A DNA stretch of 63,170 bases, the filler included, from Sphacelaria rigidula (lineage: Eukaryota): the NCBI GenBank assembly GCA_964200075.2. It is 5 parts of 5 records of this genome, joined end to end, with 100 filler letters (N's around TTAATTAATTAA, not from the genome) between each part and the next. Parts side by side here need not be neighbours in the genome. Positions count along the whole stretch, not along the records: positions 25,311 to 37,864 come from CAXNAA020003637.1; positions 37,965 to 50,517 come from CAXNAA020003638.1; 3 more parts are not named here. The stretch is one strand, 5' to 3'. The position numbers and the translations under genes are program-made. Below, piece by piece: positions 35,215 through 47,616 of this stretch. The notes under the pieces are model-generated. The model saw nothing but the letters and a program-made list of their open reading frames with translations, did no database searches and was not told where the DNA came from. Position 1 is the stretch's first letter, and every line of letters starts with the position of its first letter.

Positions 35215-37864
35215 AAAACTTGACTATCTTCTTTCATCGTAAGGACGAGGGTTAGAACGGCGTGGTGAGGTGGCCAACCCCCTCGCGGGTGCGGTCATAG
35301 ACGCAATGCATGTACAAAGCTGCGCGTTGTCCGAGTCCTTTTCACGTCGCGTTGTGGGCAGAGAGAACAGATGGTGCTGCCGTGGAGGTTCTGCATGTTG
35401 CCCGCTCCTCTCTCACATCCTGCTGCACGAAACATGCAGACACGAACTCAATGTACACTGCATTCAAACAGCGCAGACAGTACGGACTGTCCGTATTGTT
35501 CACAAACGGTCATATACCGCTTCACGAATTCACCGTCCTTTTCCGATAGAAAGCTTGAAAATTCGCTTCGACCCAAATCGAGTTACAATATCGAATTTCG
35601 CTACAATTACTTGCCATCGCTCTTTTTTTTCGATGAAAAAACGCTGCAAGACACTCACTCAGCACGTTATGCCGTCGGTGCGCGAACTGCCATAGATGCC
35701 TCCACCAAAGCGCGTTCTCGTGGTGGCGTCGACACTATGCTCGAACGCGGTGCGGAATTCACGAAATAGAACGATTTCAACAGTTTGGTGATTGCGGCGT
35801 TTTCTACATGTATTTTCTGTCGAAAGCCCTAGTGAGAGCTCCTAACTCGTGTACAGTACTGCCATCGCTTACGAAATAACTCGTATATTTTAATAGTGCG
35901 ACGCGCTCGGGCCATGTTTTTGTCGAAACAAGTGATATCGGAATGAAGTTGGGAGCTCAAATGCACAAAGTAAAGAAGACAAACCTGGGGGGATGGAATA
36001 CACATTTCGTCTATCCAACTGGTGATAAAAGTCCCATGACACCAGCAGGGCGCGGCAGCAGTATTGTGCTACAATAGGAGTAGTTTTCTGTCGAACCGCG
36101 GGTTCGCATTCACATACTGTCTCGTTTTCGCCGTTCCTGTGCTATGGCATGAACACTACCTCTTGCCTCCGTACTTCAGCGCCCATCTCCCACACCAAAT
36201 TATGTTCATGCCTGCCATTCCGGCGACAGAATGTCGTGGCCAGCGCACGTTGTGCATGCACCACTGTGATGCACACTGCATCTGCGCCACACCTTCGGCG
36301 ATGCACAAGATACTCGCGCTGTTTTTTTTCCCCTGTCTTCAATGTTTCATTGCGCTCACCGTGTCCTTGCTGCGCCCGTCACCTCTAACCCTTGACTCTC
36401 TGTGCAGGCGGCCTTCAGGTCACGGAAATCGCTCGGAGCACATGGACGGAGGGTGCAGATACCTCGGCGGGACTGTTTCACCGCGGCATACCCCGTCCTG
36501 TGGGTCGGGGATGGAGAGATTCCGTCGGCCGTACGCGAGGCTTCCGCCTGGCTGTGGAATAGGGGGTCGTGTGAATTTCCCAGGCGTCTACGGAAAGCCT
36601 CCACGCTGTCGGTGTGTAGGATGTATTAACTCCTTGATAAATGGACGGAGGGGGGGGCGGGAAGTTAAACGTCACTTTGGATCCACGATAGTCTGCCCCG
36701 CCGGAAGTTGGGGTGACGGTTCCTACCCGCCTGTCACGAAGAATTTAAAATCCTTCTATGGCCGTGGTGAATTCTTTGTCTCCACATGTCGGCGCCGACG
36801 CGTTGTTGTGTTGGGGGCGGCACCGATCCGTGAGGACGGCTGCTGTCGGGGTTTGCGGATGTGTTGCGCTCCATGCCGGAGTGTGGAGTCGTGTGATAAA
36901 TTTGGCGCATATCGCACAAAAGGTATCCCTGTTTTGCCCACTGAGTCGCGGACTTGGACCGTGGGTTCTGGGTACGAGGCGCCTCGTATTGCGTGGTTCA
37001 GTTGTCCTCTGTGGCGCGGTGTTCGGCGGGCTGATTTGTTTTTGTCCTTCTCGGCTTTCTCCATATTTTGTAACCTTCCTCAGTGTGTGTTCTTTGTTGT
37101 CGGTGTCTGTGATTGTTTGTATAGTATCTCGGTCTCTTGGGGGCTGGGGGTGTGTGGTTTATACCTGTGGTAGTGAGGTCTACACATGTGCTTCGCCTGT
37201 GATCATTTGGGTTTTCGGTCTTGTGTTTTGTCTTAATTTTTGCCATAGGACTTGGGTTTTGGTGCACGATGATACGCGCCGAAGCGACGGCGCAGATATC
37301 GTTTGTTTAACGACGACGTTTTTGCGTTGCCTCTGCTTGATCCTTGGAGGTCCTGTGCGAATATTCCAGTAGCAATCGTTCCACGGTCCGTCTTTCTTCA
37401 TTCGTGCACTTGTGGCATCCGAGTGTTCCCGTACCGTGCTTTGCTGCGGCACGCACGCAGGGTCACAGTCTCTCCACCCGGCGGTTACTCCGCGGACGGG
37501 CGAGTGATCCTGGCGCGTGTTCAGATGTTCTCTTAGATCAACTTCTGTGACCTAAAAATTACGGGGGTTCAAGTGGTTGGCGAGCGTCCGTCTCGCCTTC
37601 GAAGCTCTCCACTCATCGACTGGCGACAACTGGATGCCTTGTGCCCGGTGGGCGACTCTCAGACGTGGACGATGTGGATCATTTTCGGGTATGCATCGAT
37701 GGGGCTTAGTGTGTCGGCATGTTGTCGGCTGTGCATTATTCTCGTGTCGGTGCAATCCGGCGCCATACTACCACAACCGTGGCAGATACCTCTCATGAAA
37801 AATGCCCCGCCCCTCCCGGACGACTAAAGCAACCAAAAAATAAAGACCCCAACCACCAGCACAC

Positions 37865-37964
37865 NNNNNNNNNNNNNNNNNNNNNNNNNNNNNNNNNNNN
37901 NNNNNNNNTTAATTAATTAANNNNNNNNNNNNNNNNNNNNNNNNNNNNNNNNNNNNNNNNNNNN
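37865..37964. other. Artificial contig linker
   Basis: N44-TTAATTAATTAA-N44. Confidence 0.97.
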
Positions 37965-38064
37965 CACCGCGTCAACTCACGTCACACCAACCCAGTCGAC
38001 TACTTTGTTTACTCACATTCTCACGCTCCCCACGGTGGAAATAATACATTACGAAGAAAAAACC

Positions 38065-38135
38065 CAACGCATCGGGAATTGATCCCTCGTTCTCTCCACC
38101 CTAATAGCGACAGTCGGACCATTACACCACCGGGG
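38065..38135 (-). mobile_element. tRNA-derived SINE-like head or tRNA pseudogene
   Basis: Minus strand CCCCGGTGGTGTAATGG (A box) ... GAGGGATCAATTCCCG (B-box-like), followed by a T run. The acceptor stem does not pair. Confidence 0.4.
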
Positions 38136-38446
38136 CGCGGCCGGACGTACGTAAGGTACACTAAACGAGAACATTCGCTGAAGGAAATTCGAAAAGGGGA
38201 TAAGATGAAGTAAAAATATATAGAAAAACAAAAAAAACGGAGTAAACTGAACAACAACAAAATACTCTGTTGAAACCTGAAGAATCTGATTGCATTCAGC
38301 GCGAAATGGTGACGACATTGACTGACTCACTTGGCCGAAATCAAGCGCGAAAAACTCGATCCTGACGTGTAATATACATTATGCTCCAATAGCTTTTCTA
38401 TGTAACCCCTTGCGCAACACAGTACGCTACTTTATTACGATATTAC

Positions 38447-41400
38447 CTTGGTGTATTCGAAATCGAGGTTCGGAAACGCTACTTCGCCCACCACAGGCAG
38501 CCCGTCCTTCTGCGGATGGTCGCGGTAGGTTACTGACAGCTTCGACTCGTAACGCCGGCTCTGACTGTCACCACGGTGCCTTGACAAGACATCACGGGAG
38601 CGGAATCGCAAGGAGGAATGATGCACCAAACGAAGCATGGTACTGTGCAGGTGCACGATATATTTTACCGCGTTCCACAACAACTGCGATGCCTACTCAC
38701 CTACGAAGAATATAATTAAATATAATGATGCTGTCTGCGGTTTCTGTTTGGCATATCTTTACTGGCACGCAAAACAGCGGTAAACACTCACCGTGGGTTG
38801 AACCCCACCGTCAACCTTCCTGTCTCTCCGATCCCAAGAGAATGCTCGGCAAAGTCCACGCTGAATGGAGACTGCCAACGCATACCCGTGGTCGGAAGAG
38901 TGCCGTTTTAGCACGACATAATGAAGAGGAGAGAGGCCGGAGAGAGAGGTTACTGCCCCGGCTATGACGGGGGGGGTTGGTGTTTGTGGGAGGCGGATCT
39001 CTCGCTACTATTTCAGAGCAGCAGCCTACGACAAGCGTCAAGTGTTGATCGTAGTGCATCTAATGTACAGGTACATGTCACCTCGTGAAATACAAAGGAG
39101 GAACAGCCTGAATGGATGAGTATGTTTGCCTGTATATGCGTAAAGGGTGAAGTATATGTGCAGCTGCCACACACGGCACGATAACAGATAAATGTCGTTC
39201 AGCATGAATTCGCCATATCCTTTGAGATACATGACATCTTCTGAGACACGTGCCGTCTTCGAAGAAACACGACGTCCTCTAATAAATATGATACGTTCTG
39301 CGATACACGAAATTTTCTGCGGTACGTGCCGCCCATGGAAGCGCTGCCGTATCACCTGTCTTTGCATCGTGAAGTGGACGTGCAGCTATCCGATGTTCGA
39401 CGCGCAGTCTCGAAAACAGAGGGACTTATTAGTAGACACGCCGCTACGGTCGTATTACGCAAATAGGGTGTATATTTTACTGTTCTTCGACTACATTTTT
39501 CGAATTTGAGATTGGCGAACATTAGATTATACCACTCGAAAAGCCTACGAGTTGTGCGTGTGTGTTGATATCTTGGTACATTTGCGATGCAAATTGACTG
39601 GGAAAGCGACTTCTGGATGCGTTTCTTTTTTTACTTCGAGGCTATTCAACGTTGCTCGAAAATATGTTTGATCTTCAACAAACGCACATCACGTACATCT
39701 CATTTGATCATATCACCTGTGTTCGCACGGTAAAGTCGAGGGGCAGCTGTCCGGTGTTGGACATTTCCAGGATCTCGGACGAAGAAGTCATGGGCACTTC
39801 TGGATCCCACACGTGACTGAAGTGAAAGTCTGCATGGCTGAAGCGGAGTAGAGGGGCTACGAAATCCGCCGTTACTGCCGTCTGCGCGAGTAGAGTGCGG
39901 TTTAACGGTCATTGGTGCTCGTTTAACATAGGGTACGGGACGTACGTTGTTACGGGACGTACGTTGCACGGGACGTACGTTATTACGGGGGGGGTACGTT
40001 GTTCCGCCTGAAACAGTGGCCGAGGAGACTGGTTGCCAGGGTACTAGCCATGTGTCGACAGAAACGTTGCGTGGCATCGAGGGGAAGGGAAACAGGACCT
40101 CGAACGGGCATACTCGCCAGAAACCAGACCTTTGCTGATCGGCGTGCTCTCTGCGCACATGAAGAAAAAGAGGCGCCATCAATTATGGTCGCGTCGTATG
40201 TGGCAGTACCTTGAAGACCTGCCGCGTGTTTTTCTCCTTGCCCACTCTAGCTTCGCAGTACAGGGACTCCTCCCACCGTCCAATCGTATTACTCGAGCCG
40301 CGGAAAGTAAAGGTGATAGCCGTCCGGGGCCGAAGCTCGATCTCCTGCAGTCGATGGTACCATGGAGGAAAGGGAGAAAATTAAAACTTAAAACGATATA
40401 TGCTGGATGGGAGGAGCTGCGGGAAATAAAGGTAGTCCTATCGCGGCGGTCTTCCTCTGGAACTACTGCGAGGAAGATTCGCTTTGTTTGATACCCCCAA
40501 ATACTTCATCTGAGTTTTCCACCAATTCGAAATGGAGAGGACGGAGAAGGTGTGATGGGAAAGAGAAAATCAGTCCCAGAAGCAGCAGCATCTACAACTG
40601 GCAGTTTCTTGGATACTGTAGCTGCATGAGTTCGAAGTTTGCGTGGTTCGTGGAGCAGTGTCAAGATATAGAATTACATTTTTCTCATCCAGGAAGATGC
40701 CACACATAGCGGGCGCTTCGTGTGTTTTTATTGTCGCCGGCCCGAAGCTCTGTTTTCCTCGATATCACCTACGATATCGTCCAGTTTCACCTGGAGTTCC
40801 CCCTGCGCTACCGGGGACTCCGTTCACAGAATGGCTGAGTGCAGATATGTTGTAATTCGCAGGATCGCTACTGCTTGTGGGTCAACTCAGCTCATCTCCA
40901 GGGACAAATAGTAAAAAAAACAGCGAGTCTGGTCTAGGGCCGCCTGAAACTGGGATGCACTTACTGGTGGCGTAATGGTGAACACGGGCACGATGAGCTC
41001 GGGCTGTCTGGTAGTACCGCGACCTGCCCCTCCGCCACCGCCGCCGCCGCCGCCGCCACGCCCTCCCCCGACCTGCGCATCTTTTTTTTGCTGAGCTTTC
41101 AGCTTGGCTGCGGCCATCATTTGCTTTTCTTTGACGGTCTGGTTCACCCACTTTAAGGCCTATGGTATAACATTGGAAGCGGGAATGCAGGAGGCAGGGG
41201 GAGGGGGGGTGTAGTCATGATCTTGCATACCATAGTCGCATGACCATGTACCTCGCATCCCTACAAAGCCAGGACGGAGCACGCCGGGTTTTCGCGGGAT
41301 CAGGCTCGCAGGGGGAGAGGGGGGGAGGGGGGCGAGGGGTCTAGTACAGATGCGTCATGCCTGCTTCTAGAAGCGTCAAATGTATAGAAGAACCGCGAGA

Positions 41401-44400
41401 GGTGTACACTCGCTGTTACACGAGTATGTCTGGACGCATCAGTTATGTCGAACGGGAAACTAGGGGGAGTGCAGACTTGGGTGCAGGGTACGGGTTTGTG
41501 GTTCGACCCATGGCTGCTCACACTTGATCGTTGATCGCAGGATATTCCTCGGCTAGTCGAAATTTACTTCGAGCACTGATATTTCGTGGATTCACTGTAG
41601 TACACAATGTGCTACGATACCTGCTGTCGCCGGCCTTTGTTCTCCAGTGTGATTCGTCGCATGCAGGTGCTGTTGGTGAATACGGGTCCAAAATCCAGAA
41701 CCGAAATGTCTTCTTCGCACCTACACTTCGTTCGAAAATAGACATATCACATGCGGTTCATGGTGGCATTTTCACGGGGGGGTTTTGTCTCTAGAGTGTA
41801 CCGAAGTGTATCTTGCCGTAAAGAGATCACTCGAATGAGATCGGCGAATATATATATATATATATATCGTAATAAAGCTATATCGGCACACGATCAAGCA
41901 CTTCAACGCGGAGAAGATCTACTCAGCATGAAAGGGAAGTCGAGACGTAAGATTTCTATTTTTTTGCCGTTGACAAATACCGTGAGTGCATCGGGAATGG
42001 AAACTTCGAGCACATTGTTCTTGTCAAACGTGAAAGGTGTATGGTAGGCGGAGTGTCTGGGGCACCCGAAAGGTGACAAAACCCATGTTCTTGGACGTCT
42101 TTGCAGGCGTCAAAGTACTCTTAACATTTCTCCCTTTCAACCGAACGTGCGATCCTTGCCCACAGTACCAGACGGCATCCGAAGGGCATGGTACGAACGC
42201 CTCCATATCCAATAACACGTGTCGACGCATTGGCATGATCGTCTCACCAGACCGTGGGTCCCGTGCCCCTCGCGGTGAGGCCCACAACTCGGTTTTCTCC
42301 CTCTGTGACAATGACGTGCAGCTCGTCTTTGTGGGTAATCGTGTCGTCCAGGTTTGCGGTAACCGTCAGTTCTACATCCTGAACAGCAAAACAGGAGTAA
42401 GAACCAAGAAAAGGTGTGGAGAACTAACTGTTACACCACTGCCGACCGCCGACACACGAAACAAGAGGTCGGTCAGACTGCTGATCGTCGTCATCCGTAG
42501 GAACGTAGGAACCCATTCGGTCGCCGCGAGCACCAAAGTGGAGAAGGTGCTCTCACGCGGACGGCTCTGTTGATCAACGAAGAACGGACATCATCCACTG
42601 AAAATCAAAACAACATGTTCTCGACTCGATACTTCGTATTATCTGCGAATGGAATCGGCACGAAAGCGAAACGGGGAAAAGGCAAGCAGAGTACCACTTC
42701 TATTAATAGTTCGCGAACCACCACACAATCGATCACCACGATTGAGGAGACCCAGAAGATGTTCTGGTGCCTCGATTGTTGTGGTTCAAAAACCTTATCG
42801 GCCACCGCAGGAGCATACTATGGCTGCGTTAATCCACGAAATATATCACAGCCTGCAAATCACGTGAAAAATACGTCCAGATTGTTGGTTGCAATGCTTG
42901 CACCAATGCATTCGGCCATGACCAGAACAACTCAAGAAGTAGCTTCCAGCCTGAATGGTGAACTGATTACTGATCATGATCGATTGATCAATCGAGTTGA
43001 TTGGTTGATTGATCGTGTTGATTGGCTGATTGTCGCACTTCTACTGATCCCCTAGGAGTTATGATTCAGTCCTGGTCATTATTCACATGATAGAGGTCGT
43101 ATCCAAATATTGAAGGCAATGCACGATTGATCAAAGAAACAAGGCCTCTGCCTTTGGCTCCGGTGAAGTGGAGACGAATTACCGAGGAGATGCATTTGTT
43201 GGCATTGAAACCAGAAATCGCAGAAATGTTTGATCATACTCCATAGAACCTACAAGAAACAAGCAAAAAAATCCCAGGCATTTACGTCTTCAGACATACG
43301 TACTGCTTCAGTTGCCGCTACACGACTGAACCATAATATTCGGAGATTCTCCTTCATGATCTCGGCATAAAAAACACAAAGATCTACGTGCTGTGACACG
43401 CAAGAACCGCTCCAACACACTTTGATGACGTGGAGAACAGGTGCACGAACTAGAACCGCTTGTGTTGCAGACATGCACAGTACACGCCTACGCGTCAATG
43501 CCTTTTATGTTGAATTGGGATACGTCAGGTCATGCTGGCGTCGTATGATGCATCTTGACCTCTAAACCGCGCAGCAGCTAGGCCTCTATAGTTTTAAGTT
43601 CGCTAATAACAAGCACGAAACGAAAACGATTTCACAAAGTAACTGAGTTCTTGCTGCCCAACATCGTGAATCGGAAGCCTTCAAGGAACAGGTAGGTGCG
43701 GGCGCCGGTTCATTCAAAATATTAAACAGCCTTCGGGAATGACTTCCCTGTGAATTACGTATGCTCGGCTGCGATAAATGTTTTCAAGTACATGAAAAAC
43801 TGGCGTCGTGCACAGATGAAGTGTAGGCGAGCTCCGTCAGATACAAACACAACATAGCGTAAGCCGCAGGCAGCTTCGGGTGAACGAACGCACTGTTCTT
43901 GTCTCCGTCCGAGGTATTGGATCCTGGCTTCTGTGACAAGTGCTCTATTGGAGTCAATGAAGGCCCCTGTGACCCCTTGCGACTTGATTACCACATAAAA
44001 ATAAACACCACCACGGAATTATCATGCCTCAATTACGGCGCAGCTGAGCCGTCAAGTGTTGCACTGTAAAGTGGTAATGATACGCACAACCTTCAATAAG
44101 AGGGCGCTTTTACCATGCACCAACGAAAAACGCCCAACTCAGTTCTCTCCCTGGCGCGTGTGAGGTCTTGGAAGAGACGTTATCCAGGAGAGCGGGGAAC
44201 ACCTGTAACTTTCCATGATATTGCTTCCACATCCATCGTGCTCAGCACAAGCATTTACCTCAGATGGAGCCAAGACTCCCTCACGAATATCGACCCGGAA
44301 CTTGGACCTCGAACTTTTCAGGAAGACCTTGAAAGGCGCCGGAATTTTGCCGGGGTTGGACAAACGCACTCCGCGGGGAACATCGGCCAAACACGGTGTT

Positions 44401-47400
44401 GGTCCCCAAGATATCACGTCTAGATCTGGCTTGACGATCGGACCTATGCTCGTGGCCGTTATCATCACCTGCAGGGGTGGCTCGACGCTCCCCTGCCAAT
44501 TGGATAAATGGAGTTTCGGAAGAACATACGCGAGAAAACATGGAAACGTTTGAAGATGGGGTGAGACGGGATACAAGAGATGTTTTTGAGGAAGTTCTCG
44601 CTTTCACATACTAGTGATATTGATTGGACTGGAACAATGTGAAAACCAACTGTCTAGTCGAAGATCAGCTGAACACAACGACAGCGTGGGGTGTACTCAT
44701 GATCTTGCATGCCGTAGTCATAATGACCATTGATATCGCATCCCTACACGACCAGGACGGAGCACGCCAGATTCTCGCCGGGCCAGGTTCGCAATCAAGC
44801 ACCAAGCGCGAAGCACCATGATGTGGTCGGCGAGTCACATGAAGGGTAACCTACATCCTGCTAAGATTGTTCAGCCCGAAGCCTATTGACTACCTTGCAA
44901 ATGGATGACAGCCCACGATGAGTTGCTTCATTTTCCGGTATCCTCACTTCCAGAGACAGCCACGGGTTCCACATTGCCTTATGGCTGTCTCACCATATAC
45001 CCACTACGTAGTACGATCATCCCCTTTGCGCGGAGTTCGGGTTGTGCACCATGCGCAATCTGATCTAGCTCGACCGCCATCATGATTACCGCGAAACAGA
45101 ACGCGAGCGAAAAAACAACCAGTAACCTGGTTGCCGAGCTTACGCAGTGTGTGGCGTGTTGTACATCATCGTTGGCAACCGACGTCAACCCTCAATAAAG
45201 ACAGCGTGGGAGGCGGTGCTACAAGAATGATATTTTATTCGTAACTACACTTCGCGCATATCATATAAGTATATACATTGGGGTAGTTTTCGCCCTGCCT
45301 GCAACTACTCTGAATCCCGACCCCAAATAGTGAGAAGAGAGGGGAAGTACTGTGAAACGTCATGATTAATTTCCCACCAGGGTGCGTAGAAACGACGACA
45401 TCTTGACAAAGGTTTTCTCCATGACCCTTGGCTTACATCTATCTCGATAGTCACGGGCAGACGGAAATGTCCCAGTTTTTCGCATGTCAGCCAGAGCTTC
45501 ACCTCTGCCCGACCTCCGGGCGGCACCTGTTGGTAGTTCAAGATCAAATTTAAGACATGGACGGACGGTCGGACGGACGGACGATCGGAAGACACCTCAT
45601 CGCAGTATTTTGTATAGGTTTGAGTTGTCGACAGGGCAAGGCTGCCTTTCAGAACCGCGTTCAGGAGTTCTAAGTATTGTTCATCAAGATATCCTGCCAG
45701 AACCATGTGTTACTTCCCTGTTGTGTGGTGATACCGACCACTCCAGCGTGCCAAGTCCTCTGATGTCCGTGCCAGCTTCTACATTATACAATGGATTGAT
45801 TCACAAGCATCTAAACATGTGAAACGCACCGCGAAATTTCAAAACTCGTAGCAGTCCACTACTTCGCGCAAGGACATGTATGGTAGTTACGCTGCCGTGA
45901 CACCTCGAGCAAGTGCAGACCTCTACACTAGAAAGCTTCTAGGCGTCACACGTTCATCACCCTTAGTACAGCATCGTAGCTTTTGCTGCCGCACCAACTC
46001 GTCCAAGGACAGGTCTCGACAATGAGAGACATTTTCAAAGGCATGCACCTTGCTTATCACCACAAGAACAGCACCGTAGCATGCCACAATTCAGGGGGGG
46101 CTGGGAAGGGGGAGATAACGTGAAATTATAAAGCCTGTGGTACATTACACAGTGGCACGTCGTCAACAGCAACCCGTCTAACCCTCGTTGAATACCTCCT
46201 GGTACCAAACAAAGCGTCAACCAGAGTGGCTTAGAGTGACCACACGGGGAAGCGCTGGAATCTACGCGAAAGTGCAACGGTATTCGACACAAGTAGGGTG
46301 CACCTGTCCTCCTTCAGGCTCCGGCGACATTCTCGCGACAGAATAAGTGGAGGGGTCCTGGGGAACCACTCGGAACAGTCCTGTCAGCACCCGACTCGTG
46401 TTCACCAGCACCACTGTCCGTGCCTCATGGAAACGAACGAAGCACTCTCCGTACGCTACGTCTCTGGATACCAGGTCTACCACCGGCACCTAGGTTTGCA
46501 TGAAATATTGTTACGCAATAGAGAGACAGAGAGAGATGAGAAATCTGTGTGAGGGGGAAGGAAGGGTAGGCGGGAAAAGAGAGCGGGGCGCGGAGGGGGT
46601 GCTTTGTAGATTCTAGATGGTTGGTCACATTGATTTTGTGTCTTCTATCAATGGTTTTTTATGGTGCTCGACTTCGAGACCCGTGCAGCTAAGTGATGAT
46701 ATCGCATTTTTTTGCACACATGTGCCTATTTCGAGGGGTATCGTTCTCACGTGCTGGTGTGGTAGAACTCACCTGGCAATCCGCTTTGAGTGGAATGCTG
46801 AGAAGCTCCTCGCCGACTCCCTCCACGTCCACGGTTATGTAGTACTCATATACCTGTGAAACCGGACGTTCGACCGTTTGAAAAAGGGAATGTGATGAAT
46901 GCTACGTACGAGCGTATCCGCAGATCTTCACATGAATGTCTCCAACTCGCGATAGTTCGTACCTGACCCGCACGGACTGTGTACGTGCCCTAACATCGAA
47001 GAGTTGTACTTTTGACGCCAGGTACAGACTGCAACGATTCGTAACCGTGATATATGTTTTTCATTAAAAAAATCCCTAACCAAGCCAATGTTTCAGAGAG
47101 GAAGGAGTCCGGTGAATCCATTTTTCTGGCGCTATCACCAATTCGCGGACAAGTTTCGGCATCTAATCCATGCCTACACCAGACACCGCTCTCGCTAATA
47201 GACCGCTATAGCAGCAGTATCGGGGAGTTAGAGGATTGATCTAGGCACGTATGATATCTTGCCAGCGCGTATTTGGACGGTTTCCCTTTGCATGAGTCCT
47301 CGGCATCTCGGTCGCGCAATGGACCAAGAATCACACGTTCCGGCAGAGCAAAAGCAAGTTATGGAACCTCACATCGGCTATCACGCCAGATGTGGACAAG

Positions 47401-47575
47401 GCGGCGGGATCGTGCCCTAAAGCATTACGTTTTCACACATTCTCCCGCTCCGTGGTCATGTTTGCCAAAGCTGGCGCTCTGTTGGAAAAAAACAAACTAT
47501 CTCTTGTTACAACTTTTGGTCAAACTCGGCAGTAGTTTCCATCGGTTACAGAAGTATCCGTGCCTTCGCAATCTT

Positions 47576-47616
<41 letters not shown>

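Noticed and set aside
36064..37173. 369-aa ORF
   Set aside because: Cys/Arg/Gly-rich with no domain, a TTG start and a compositionally incoherent sequence; probably a chance open frame.
38065..38135. Functional tRNA gene (also 27325-27391)
   Set aside because: A- and B-box-like motifs are present, but I cannot fold an acceptor stem or anticodon arm; kept only as SINE-like heads.
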